A stretch of DNA of 63,474 nt, the filler included, from Octopus bimaculoides (lineage: Eukaryota), in NCBI RefSeq assembly GCF_001194135.2. It is 6 parts of 5 records of this genome, joined end to end, with 100 filler letters (N's around TTAATTAATTAA, not from the genome) between each part and the next. Parts side by side here need not be neighbours in the genome. Positions count along the whole stretch, not along the records: positions 1 to 19,584 come from NC_068981.1; positions 19,685 to 31,748 come from NC_068985.1; 4 more parts are not named here. One strand, written 5' to 3'. Position 1 is the first letter of the stretch. Each line of letters opens with the position of its first letter. This document shows, piece by piece, positions 13,315 to 24,900 of the stretch. A model generated the notes under the pieces. The model ran no database searches. It had not been told where the DNA came from and saw only the letters and a program-made list of their open reading frames with translations. The position numbers were made by a program, and so were the translations under genes.

Positions 13315-13863
13315 TCATCATCATCGTTTAACGTCCGCTTTCCATGCTAGCATGGGTTGGACGATTTGACTGAGGACTGGTGAAACCGGATGGCAACACC
13401 AGGCTCCAGTCTGATTTGGCAGAGTTTCTACAGCTGGATGCCCTTCCTNNNNNNNNNNNNNNNNNNNNNNNNNNNNNNNNNNNNNNNNNNNNNNNNNNNN
13501 NNNNNNNNNNNNNNNNNNNNNNNNNNNNNNNNNNNNNNNNNNNNNNNNNNNNNNNNNNNNNNNNNNNNNNNNNNNNNNNNNNNNNNCTCGCTCGAAAATC
13601 CTACAGGAGCCAGTCAGGCGGTACTGGCAACGGCCACGCTCAAAATGGTGCATCTCATGTGCCACCCGCACAAGAACCAGTCCAGGGGCACTGGCAACGA
13701 TCTTACTTGGCTTGCCGGGTCTTCTCACGCACAGCCCATTTCCAAAGGTCTCGGTCCGTAGTCATCGCCTCGGTGAGGCCCAATGTACGAAGGTCTTGCC
13801 TCACCACCTCAGCCCAGGTCTTCCTGGGCCTACCTCTTCCACGGGTTCCCTCAACTGTTAGGG
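13315..13863 (-). mobile_element. RTE LINE 3' end (RT C-terminus plus 3' UTR), interrupted by an N gap
   Basis: 13700-13863 is the reverse complement of the RT end at 16820-16990 (RGRPRKTW). The tail is tail-to-tail with the copy at 12950-13314. Confidence 0.8.
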
Positions 13864-14157
13864 ATGATGAATAAAATAATTGGAGGAAATTTAATTGACT
13901 ACATCTTCCCCATTAGTTTTTCTCCATATGTCAGTTTAAGAAATTGCTATTATGATTATAGAAGGCTGTAGGTGGTAAAATCAAAATGCCTTGCATGATT
14001 TAATTACAACCTTGTGCATTGTGACTTTAAATCTCACTGAAGTTGCCATGTTGCTTAATCTTTCTAGGGCCAATAAAATTAATACCAATCAAGAAGTGGT
14101 TGCGTGGGGGCATTGTATACCCTTCACCCAAAATGTTTGGTCTTGTGCCCATGTTAA

Positions 14158-14345
14158 TTCATCATCATTTAACGTCTATAGTTCATACTAGCATGGGTTA
14201 AAAGGTTTGATAAGATTCAACAGGTCTGAGGACTGCATTAAGCTCTAGAATCTGCTTTGGCATGGTTTCTACAGCTGTATGTCTTTCCTAATGCTAACCA
14301 CTTTATAGTATGTACTAGGTGCTTTTTTCTTATGGTACTGGCATG
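14158..14345 (-). mobile_element. Older degenerate RTE 3' UTR copy
   Basis: catcatttaacgtc...ctagcatgggtt...tttctacagctg...cctaatgctaaccac aligns with 13315-13448. Confidence 0.55.
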
Positions 14346-14618
14346 TATGAGGTCACTTTGTAGCTTGCAAGCCTTAAGATTCATTTTGACTGAGTAAACT
14401 CTAGTAGAGGAGGAGGCAACTTTATATTGAGATTCAAGTAAGATAGGTACAGGATAAAACAGGTTTCTTCTTTGTGAACTACATGGCATCACACATTATA
14501 GAACAGAGGGTGAGAATGACCAGAATGTTGCTGGAAAGAGATAAAAATAGTGGTGATGAGGTGTCAAATTATTGTTATTTTTAATGCCATTATTTTCTAT
14601 ACTTTCATTCTTCAACAG

Positions 14619-14665
14619 ATATTCATTTTCCAAATTTTCCAATGTTGAATATACTGATATTGAAA
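14619..14665 (+). CDS. Candidate 47-bp exon of an unidentified gene
   Basis: Long polypyrimidine acceptor ending ttcaacag, donor AAA|gtaatg. Two frames are open (YSFSKFSNVEYTDIE or IHFPNFPMLNILILK). Confidence 0.25.
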
Positions 14666-15024
14666 GTAATGTAATGATGATTTTTTTCCTTTAAGTACTT
14701 TCGCATATTTCCATGCAACACAAATGGTTTTGGTACCTTTATTGGCAAGTGCTTTATACTTTGCATTTATTAAATATAGTTCCTCGGTTTCTGTTTTAAA
14801 AAAATTTCCATGCATTTTTGAGCAATGTTTGTTATTTCACTATAGATTTCTATATTACTGTGAATTAATTGTATTAATGTAATTTTGTAGATTCTTGAAT
14901 GAATTATCCTATGTGCATATTACATATAATATTTGTATGAGATTATAATTATTATTTTATTTTTTTCTTTGTATTTAACATATCCATGGAAACATCTCAC
15001 AAAATTTCTAAATGTATCTTTATA

Positions 15025-15345
<321 letters not shown>

Positions 15346-16340
15346 TAATTTAGAGACGAACCACCACTCGACAACTCAGTCAACTAAGAACCTGTCCAAA
15401 TCCATGCTGTGAGGCATATACCATATCAATATTTATCTAAGATTTTAATCTAAAATTTTAAATTTAAATAATATATCATATAAATATATCATATAAAGGA
15501 ACATTCATCATAAAAATATTAATTTAAAAATCAAAATTATAAATTGGACAGTAAAAATTAATACAATAACATAAAGTATGAAAGTATAAATGTATAAAAG
15601 TCAGTGCTAGTACATGGCTGAAATAGGACTATATAAAATCATAAGCAAATTCTATCCAAGTTCATTAGAATGGGGAAATGATTTTACTCCCAAAATCAGT
15701 CACTCTTCAGGTCAAATCCCTAAGAAAATACCTAAAATCATTCAATGAATAAACATAAACATGAGAAATAAATAAAATATATATATAAAGAGACAAAATC
15801 TGTAAACTAATCCCTACATTAATGCTATTAATATAATTATTAAGAGTTACAATCTAAAAATATTGAAAAAGAGTATTATAGTGAACAAGGTTAAAAAATT
15901 ATGGAAGAAGTAAATAATAGTAAAAAAATGTGTTAGTGTATAAAGTTAATAAAAGACGTATGTTAATATTGTTTAGAAAATTAAAATTAGAAAACATAAC
16001 TTATCTGCCAGCGATTTACTGTAGATTAAACCAAAATGGGAGTACTATAGAATTAATACTGAAAGGTCACATGATAAACATGGCATCTATTACCCAGAGG
16101 TAAACACGTATGATAATTACTAAAATAATAACGAAAATATCAAAAAGGAAAATCTACCTAAAATAAAAAAATTATTGAAGATTAAAAATACTAAAATACT
16201 TAAAACTCTCAGATTTAAGCAGAATAATAACTATACCACATACGAAAATTATATATTACTTAAATAATGCTATGAAACATTGTAAAAGACTGCTCATGTC
16301 GTTGAATACTTAAAGTAAAGGTAGTTATATGTTCTAATTT
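15346..16340 (-). mobile_element. Possible decayed Penelope-like terminal region
   Basis: Abuts (TA)n. The minus strand at ~15685-15711 has a CUGAAGA-GUGACU...AGU hammerhead relic with a damaged GAAA. No readable ORF. Confidence 0.3.
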
Positions 16341-16356
16341 TGTATAATATTGTGAT

Positions 16357-17376
16357 GAAAATGTGCAGAAAACAACTTCTTCCACATTCCAGGGAGAAAA
16401 ACTAGATTTAGTTGATAGCTTCCACTATCTAGGTAACCAAGTTAGTAGTGGGAGAGGGTGCGCTGAAAGTGTAGCTGCTAGAATAAGAATAACCTGGGCA
16501 AAGTTCAGAGAGCTCTTACCTCTGCTGGTGACAAGGGGCCTCTCACTCAGAGTAAAAGGCAGACTGTATGATGCATGTGTACGAAAACCATGCTACATGG
16601 CAGTGAAACATGGGCCGTGACTGCTGAGGACATGCATAGGCTCGCAAGGACTGAAGCCAGTATACTCCGATGAATGTGTAATGTCAGTGTGCTTACTAGA
16701 CAGAGTGTAAGTACCTCGAGAGAAAAGTTGGACCAAAGAAGCATCAGTTGTGGTGTGCAAGAGAGACGATTGTGCTGGTATGGTCATGTGGCTAGAATGG
16801 ATGAGGATAGCTGTGTGAAAAAGTGCGACACCCTAGCAGTTGAGGGAACCTGTGGAAGAGGTAGGCCCAGGAAGACCTGGAATGAGGTGGTGAGGCATGA
16901 CCTTCGAACATCAGGCCTCACTGAGGCGATGACTTCTTACCGAGACCTTTGGAAATATGCTGTGCATGAGAAGACCCGGCAAGCCAAGTGAGACCTAAAT
17001 CCAAGGCCTCTGCCAGGGGTGTAGCCAGCCCACTTATGCGTACCTTCCTTCATTGGACACTAAACTCCACTTGCGAAGACCTGTTGAGGCAAGTGAAATT
17101 GAAATCGAACTAAATTCAATGACTGGCACTCATGCCAATGTTGTGTCCTTCATTGGACACTAAACTCGGCTTGCGAAGACCAGTTAGGGCAAGCGAAAGC
17201 AAAATCGTGATGGCACCTGTGCCCAGCGTTGCATTCCTGGCACTTGTGCCAGTGGCACGTGTAAAGACATTCAAGTGAGATCGTTGCCAGTGCCGCTGGA
17301 CTGGCTCCTGTGCAGGTGGCATGTAAAATACACCATTTTTAGTGTGGCCATTGCCAGTACCGCCTGACTGGCCTTC
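16357..17376 (+). mobile_element. RTE-clade LINE fragment: RT C-terminus plus partial 3' UTR
   Basis: VDSFHYLG, ARIRITWAKFRELLPLL, KGRLYDACVR, RRLCWYGHVARM, GRGRPRKTWNEVV. Carries a frameshift and a stop. Confidence 0.9.
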
Positions 17377-19140
17377 TAAGGCCCTTTGATTCTAAGCCTT
17401 GCTTCCACACCTGAAATTTCTTCTCTAATTCTGGTAGTGATTCCACTAAGAGAGCAAGGTCATCATCGTAGAGGAGCTCCCAGGCGCAGCCTGTCTTGAA
17501 TTCCTCTGTTATTGCCTGGAGGACTATGATGAATAAAAGAGGGCTGAGGGCCGATCCTTGGTGAACCCCTACTTCTACTCGGGATTCTTCACTATACTCA
17601 CTGCCGACCCTTACCTTACTAATGGCATCCCTCTACAGGGCCTGTACAGCTCTTATTAACAACTTGTCTATCCCCAGTTTTTGCATCACCCACCAGATAA
17701 GGAATTGGGGGACCCTGTCAAAGGCTTTCTCCAAGTCAACAAAAGCCTAGTATAGGGGTTTATCTTTGGCAGTTGTCTTACCAGGAATACCAGGGCTGCT
17801 TCTACCTGGAACAAAACTGAACTGCATCTCATCTAAGCAAACTCTCCATAATTAGTTGGGCTATGACCCTCTCTGTGACCTTCATCACCTGATCCAGCAG
17901 TTTGATACCCCTGTAGTTATTTCTATCTAAAGCATCGCCTTTACCTTCGTAGGAATTGACTATGGTACTGCTTCGCCAGTCATTGTGTATGACTCCTTCG
18001 TGAACTACATAACCCACATCACCAGATATTTTAAGCATCTCAGCAGTGATTCCTGATGGGTCAGGGGCTTTCCCTGTTTTCATATCCTTAATTGCTTTAT
18101 CTACCAGGGTGCTGTCTATTCAGGTAGCTGGTCCCTCTACTGGATCGACATTTGGCAGACTCTCCTCCTCCCATCCATTCTCCACATTCAGCAGCCTTTC
18201 ATAATGACTTCTCCAAGCCTCTTTCTTTTCCGAATCATTAAAAGCAAGTGCACCATCGTCCATGCAGACACATTTCTCTCCTATGACATCACAATTTTCT
18301 ATCACACACTGTCTTGCAATCTGAAATACTTCAGTTCTCTGGTCCTCATGTCGCTGAACATTGGCAAACTTCTTCTTTTCTGCTTCTCCCTTGGCTATGT
18401 ATACCTGTTTCCCAGCTTCCCTTCTGGCTATCTGGTACAGTTCCCTGCTACCCCCACTCTTCCAGGCTTTCCAGGCCTGTTTCTTTGCACTAATGGCCTT
18501 GTCTACTGTATTATTCCACCACCACGTTGATCTAGGTCTGGAAGGGACTTTGCACCAACTGCAGATTTGGTCTGCGGTGCTCAGTAAACAGTCCCTTAGG
18601 ATTTTCTAGTTACCCTCTATGTCCGAAATCTGTAGCTCCTCTTCCCTCTCATCAAATTTCTCAATGAGGATGTCCCTAAATCTCTGACCATGTGAAGGGT
18701 TCTTTAGCTTCCAAATCCTTCTTTTCTGGTTTGGTCTGCTTCTTGGCATCCTTCTGGCCTCGAGTCTAAAGTCATTAATAACTAGTCTATGCTGGGTGGG
18801 GGATACATTCTTCACCAGGGAGGTCTTTGTATTTAAGAGCAACCTTACATTCCGTTGCCTGGTGAGAATGAAATCAATCTGGCTAGCAGAGTCACCTGAT
18901 TGATAGGTTATCAGGTGGTTGTCTGGCTTCCTGAAGTTAGTGTTGCAGATTAATAGGTTGCATGCATCACAGAACTCCAGTAGCCTAGTTCCCTCTTTGT
19001 TTCAGGAACCAATTCCATGGTCCCTGTGAACACCATGGAAGATACTGGATTGCCATCTGACATGCCAGTTAAAAAGGTTAGGTCATTGCCACTCATCTTT
19101 GAAGTATCCTGTAGAAGGGTATTATATATTGTAATCTTCC
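17377..19140 (-). mobile_element. RTE-clade LINE fragment: APE endonuclease C-terminus through RT core
   Basis: GTRLLEFCDA, SQIDFIL, KAPDPSGITAEMLK, NYRGIKLL, FVDLEKAFDRVP, GVHQGSALSPLLF, LLYDDDL. Multiple stops and frameshifts. Confidence 0.9.
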
Positions 19141-19374
19141 AATACTGAAACACGTGTAGTTCCTTCATATTTGAACTCCAGTAGCCTAGTTCCCTTTTTG
19201 TTTCAGGAACCAATTCTATGGTCCCCGTGAACACCATGAAAGATACCGGATTGCCATCTGACATGCCAGTTAAAAAGATTAGGTTATTGCCACTCATCTT
19301 TGAGGTAGCCTATAGAAGGGTATTATATATTGTAATCTTCCAATACTGAAACACATGTAGTTCCTTCATATTTG
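18972..19374. repeat. 201-bp tandem duplication (2 copies)
   Basis: gaactccagtagcctagttccc starts at 18972 and again at 19173. The copies differ by scattered substitutions. Confidence 0.9.
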
Positions 19375-19584
19375 ATAAATTTAAGTACTAACTGAAGTAG
19401 GAGATAATTAATGAAGTATGATATATACCCTGCTGATAATTTTTAATCTTTAATGCTTAATTGTATTGCTTATTCTTTAAAGGGATGTAAAATTAGATAT
19501 ATAATATTTTGAAAAAGAACCTGAAGATGTATTGGAATAATTGTAAATCTGACAATTGCATATGTGTATGTATATATGAATATA

Positions 19585-19684
19585 NNNNNNNNNNNNNNNN
19601 NNNNNNNNNNNNNNNNNNNNNNNNNNNNTTAATTAATTAANNNNNNNNNNNNNNNNNNNNNNNNNNNNNNNNNNNNNNNNNNNN
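19585..19684. other. Artificial scaffold linker (44 N + TTAATTAATTAA + 44 N)
   Basis: Identical 100-bp structure occurs five times. The 12-mer gives a stop in all six frames. Confidence 0.97.
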
Positions 19685-19980
19685 AAACATACATAGTTAT
19701 GAAATACATTGTTTAAGAACGTAGTTATGGCATATTTTGTTAAGAACGTAGGCGATTACAGTATAATGCTCTTTTACATTCTGATTTGCCCTGTGCTGTT
19801 ATACGTACTCCCGGATTTACATTTAGGCATCTGTGTGTGAATAGATATTTGAAGAAAAGTGAAAAAACTCGGAGTCAAGAGTAGGGGGATACAGCTGGAC
19901 ATTAATTATTTTTCACTCACTACAATTGTTTCCATATAATTTAGTTCTTCGGGCGTGTAGGTATTTTGATTATGCAACTG

Positions 19981-20304
19981 TTTCCCTGCATTATGAGATC
20001 TAGTTGTGTTTCCTCATGCGATATGTAAATGTCTCATGAGGCCTGAATTTAGTAGAAATCACCACGCTTAACAGGGTGTGCGTTGCTCAAGGATTGTTGG
20101 GAATTGTCTTTGAATCTGTAGATTAAATGGGATGGTGATTCTGGTAATGTTAAAGTAGTTGCCCTGATAAGCTAAGTGATTACTACTAAATTAACACCAC
20201 GAGAGACAGATCGAATGTTCTATAAAACGAGGATTTTAAAATTATGAATACAATATTTACATATCGCCAGAGGAAACACCACTAGATCTCATTATGCAGG
20301 AAAA
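19981..20304. repeat. Inverted repeat with 50-bp arms (MITE-like)
   Basis: 19981-20030 versus the reverse complement of 20255-20304 matches at about 45 of 50 positions; spacer ~225 bp. Confidence 0.75.
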
Positions 20305-20346
20305 GGGTTACGTAGGCAAGTAGCTGCACACCTGGATAACTAACTA

Positions 20347-20389
<43 letters not shown>

Positions 20390-21524
20390 CCAGAGTATGG
20401 CACAGAAATGTCGACATAGAGTGGTGAATAAATCGATCTTGGATATATCGAGTTTGAAGTTTCTGTCTCTTTTAAATATACAAATTTAAAAGTTAAAAAC
20501 CTTGAAATATATATATATATACACGTGAACACACACAGACATGTATGTATGAATAATTTGATAGGTAGATAGATAGATACATACATACATACATACATAC
20601 ACACATACATACATACATACATACATACATATTAGTTCTACTTTGATCGTAAGCATTTTGATGGGAAACTATGTGTTGAAACTACCATGCACTGAAGACG
20701 CACGTAAGCCATTCAGAAGCATGAAATTCGCGTAAACCTTGTATTTTTGTAATATAATGCCAACATTTTCGTCGAAAGAAAATTAGCTAGTTCTCCGTAG
20801 AGTGAAAATGGCAGAAAAAAAAACAGAACTTTATTGCTGTTTCATTAGATCTTTAACATCAGTTGACCTACTCTTGGAAACAATCAGCCAATCTGTTTAT
20901 ATGACCAGCAACCTTAGTTGTTATTGAAAAATGGAACTTCTAATTTGCACACCAAAAGTGTTTAAGACTAATGTACTTTCATCTCTTACGCAAGTAATCC
21001 AAAGAGAACCTGCGTAAAATTTTATTGCACGAGGTGTCAATTACAAGATTTTTGGGTGCGATTAACGCAACAATTATATTATAAAATTCAGTGTTTCTAC
21101 CTGTGAAATACTGTTCCCTGTGAACAATTAATAAATATCAGTATTATTGACGTATTGTTTAAACATAAATTTATCAATAATCGCATTATTTTGTTTTGTA
21201 TAAATTGTGAAATATAATATAAAAATACTCTAGGAAAGCGTTATTTATTATTTGTAATTTCTAATTTGTTTCAACCATTAAAAACATTAGCAACACTAAA
21301 ACTGCAAATTTTCGCTTTATATTTCATTATATAATATTTAATGAACGGGTTCAATAATCAGTTTCCTATTCACGGCCTACACACGCAGATTCGTCTAAAC
21401 TAAGCATACACGAAAAATGTGTAATATAACGTTGTTTAAATGACTAACGCTTCACGCAGATGAATGAAATATATTCCAAAAAGGTCATGTTTAACACGTC
21501 GGAATGTAACTGGACGTGACAAGA

Positions 21525-21701
21525 TCATTTGCTGAGGGAATAGTCCCAGGAGAATGTTATCCTCTCAGACTTCTGGAAATACTCCGTTAGCTTGAGATCC
21601 GAGTAAAGCCATGAGATCATAGGAGACGTGTTTCTGCATCTTTCTGCTTCATCGTCTACGGGATACCACTCGCTCAGAAGCCGATGAGGATGTAATTATG
21701 C
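21525..21701 (-). other. Exon-like segment: strong acceptor, then either a short terminal ORF or a TAA followed by 56 open codons
   Basis: tttttttttag| at 21702. GC-richer than the flanks. Frame 0 reads A*LHPHRLLSEWYPVDDEAERCRNTSPMISWLYSDLKLTEYFQKSERITFSWDYSLSK*. Confidence 0.25.
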
Positions 21702-23399
21702 CTAAAAAAAAATAACAATGATAATGTTTCTGATAAACCTTCTTTAATGCATTTGATCACTCTAAACTATTTCATAGGACACAAATTTTAAGAAACAAAC
21801 ATCATCATTTGAATATGCAATGGATGTTCGCAAGCTTAACAATGAGACATATACAGGCTGAGTTTGTGCGCCTGTGCCAGCAAATGCTGTCAATGATGCG
21901 ATTTTAGTCACATTTACTATGTTATTAAATAATTGCTTGCGTTCTATCTAAAATTATGCCACCTATTTTTGTCGAGTTAAATAATTTTGACTACCATTCA
22001 GTTTTGTTACATAATAATTGATTTCAAATACTGTAGTTTTTGTTGGCAGCACACTGCATTTATTAAAACTTAGACCAATTAACTGTTTATTAATAATAGA
22101 GACATAGGTGAATATAACTAAGCCACTCAAGGAATCTATAGACTACATTCGTTTTCCCTATCACTTGATTTAAATGTCTCACTAAATAGTATTTTAATAC
22201 TAATCACAATAATTACGCGCATTATACATTAACACTGCCATTACGTTTAGTAATATACTGACATATTAAATGAGTAATATAAAAGTGTAATTTTGCGAAA
22301 TTTTATTCATTGCAAAAAAATCAATAACTAGAATGGACAGGTATTTGAACGATTACATAGAGAAATCGCTTTCACTATGTTTAAGTATCACTTTCAATAA
22401 AAGAAGTCTATCTAGTTTTAATAGCTAGAATATACAGATAAAGTTTAGAAATAATTTGCTCATTGAGTTACTATTAATTCATAATTTGCGTCATACTCTG
22501 CCTAGATAATTTCTATTGTTTGTCGATGATGTACCTTGACGTGGTGCGATATATACAGGTGTAGTGCTATTGTTTCTCGTATTTCTATTGGGTGAAATAT
22601 AAATTTGCTATGTTTATTAAACAGATCTAATTTGATACTGATGTGATTAGCGCTGTTGACTGTGTAGATAGTTCAAAAAATAAGCCCTTATTGTTGTCCT
22701 TCCAAGAATATGCAATTTCAGGAAACAGTGTAAGAGGATTTCTTGTTTTTAAACTTCAGTCTTTTAAAATGACATTCAATGTTGCAGTGTGTACTTCTAT
22801 TTACATTACTTAGAATTGTTTTGTTCATAACATCTTTTATGAATATCTTATATACGTATGATTCTCTTTTAATTTGGTGAGGTGCTCTGCACATCAATAG
22901 AACATTAAATTGATAAACGTATATGGGCATCGATCATATGTGTATATATCCAATAAAAAGAAAACGACAAAGAAAATTCTGTAACAAATCTTTAGTTACA
23001 AGTTAAAAATATTTCCGTACCATCTCCATTTGCAATGCCTGTTTATGTGTAAGTTCTAAATGATAAATCACGTAGAATTGGAGAGGCACTTCATTAGACT
23101 TGCTTCAAAGTTGTGCTATTACAATGTGCGTCATTTAGACCTCGTGATTACGTAAATATCGGGAGGAAATAAAACAGAAAAGATTGAAAGCGTGGATGCG
23201 GGATCAGCATGTGGGATAGATATGCGGAGAGGGTGAAATCATGAGGGTTAATACGTATAATAATAGGGAGGAGAAAAGGAAGGAAGGGGAGGAAAACGAT
23301 CAGAAGACGAAAGTGAAGTACATGAAGGTGAAGAGGAAGGAAAAAAGAGTAATCGGCAGAAGAAGAAGAAGAAGAGTTGGACGTTGCCGCAGTTCTTTG

Positions 23400-23545
23400 T
23401 GCCTCCTGCAAATAAATAAACACTGTCTAGACGGTTTATAAAGACTTCCATGTCTACACCTTGCAGATCCCTGATGATCTGTGGTAGGGCATCGACGCTT
23501 ATCGACGTTTTTGTGCAGCGCTTTGGGTGAAAATAATTATGATAT
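23400..23545 (-). mobile_element. CR1-type LINE extreme 3' coding relic
   Basis: ALPQIIRDLQGVDMEVFINRLD resembles the CR1-clade ORF2 C-terminus. Confidence 0.5.
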
Positions 23546-24559
23546 CCATTATGTTTCAAATGAATTCATCGTTATTTTGAAAATGGTAATTGTAGGTTTT
23601 GATCTCTTTTCTCATACTTGAGTCACAGAGGCATGCATCCCATGATAATTGCAAGAACGTTGTCATAGAGACTGGTATCGCATACTATATACGACTTTCA
23701 TCCGGTTCCATGTATAATTATTGGCACATACTACAGCAGACCATGAGGCTGTCTGTAAACTTTATGTCATGATTTATTTCTCTCCCACGCATCACGACTC
23801 CCTTTCACACCCATAACACAGCCCTTTCACATTCATGACGAGTCCTTATGATATTCATGACGTAGCCAAATGTATCATCCTACTGGAATAACTGCACTAG
23901 TATAGGGTATTACTTTTCATTAAATCTCCATATATTTATGACTAGGCATTGTTCTTTCCTATAAAGTTTCGCTGATTGTAAGATAGTGATTTTGTTTCAT
24001 TACTGTCATTCGCTCTATTCTGCTACACTTTTGGTGTGCTTTGTCAGCTGCTTTGAAGATTATGTGTTATCTTTTTTTCAAGATTAAATTTATGTTTAAA
24101 AATAAAGTGGTATCTTTGTTTCAAGATAATATGTTATCTTTATGTTTCAAGACAAAGTGTTATCTTCATGTTTAAGGATAAAATGTTATCTATATGTTTA
24201 AAAGTGCCCTAAATGTTTTTGTTACTTACATAAAAGACACAAGTCAACTTTCTGTGAGACATTCGGCGGTTAATAACGTATAATCCTGCTTGAAATGTAA
24301 AAAAAAATATATATTGAGAGAGACTAATGGGAACTTTCTCGGTTACGTAATAGTTGTGAAGATTGTGTGCATAGCAGATCTGAATTTTTTAATTCTATAA
24401 ATTCTGCTAAGGATATCAAATATACAGAGTTCACACCCATTTATATTGAGGAAAATCATGGATACACATATAACATGCAGCGTATGTAAACTTAACCAAG
24501 TGATAATTTGTTTCATCTGCGTAATTCTTCAGTGCATGCAAATTTGAAGATTACTCTAC

Positions 24560-24900
24560 TGGCCGTAGACACTTGATCTAAACAACCAGGAGATATAACT
24601 GAGACAGTAGTGTTCATTCTGAGAGGCATACCGTGGAGTGTAAGAATTTTAAATACATGACCTCAGCTGATGGAACTAAATGCTCTGCGAAAGTTTACAA
24701 GAAGATGATTGAACCGTTTCATTCCTTCCAGTATGCGATAGATGGAGAGGATTTGAGTAGTTGTTGACTGGCCCCTTCTAAATACATTCTGATTCTTACA
24801 AAGAAGGGGTCGAGCATAGGACAATCTTATTAAACAGAAGTTTATTATAAACATTTGCTGCAATTGGGACCAGAGCAATACCTCTATGATTTGCTGCACT
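24560..24900 (-). mobile_element. RTE-type RT fragment, decayed
   Basis: Frameshifted pieces read RGIALVPIAANVYNKLL and KNQNVFRRGQSTTTQILSIYRILEG...VNFRRAFSSI. Confidence 0.6.

Noticed and set aside
19629-19640. TTAATTAATTAA as a homeodomain site or regulatory palindrome
   Set aside because: Always centred in 44+44 N, so it is synthetic.
20990-21009. 20-nt micro-exon candidate on the minus strand (ttttacgcag|...|gtaaga)
   Set aside because: Not a multiple of 3, no partner exon, and such matches occur by chance.
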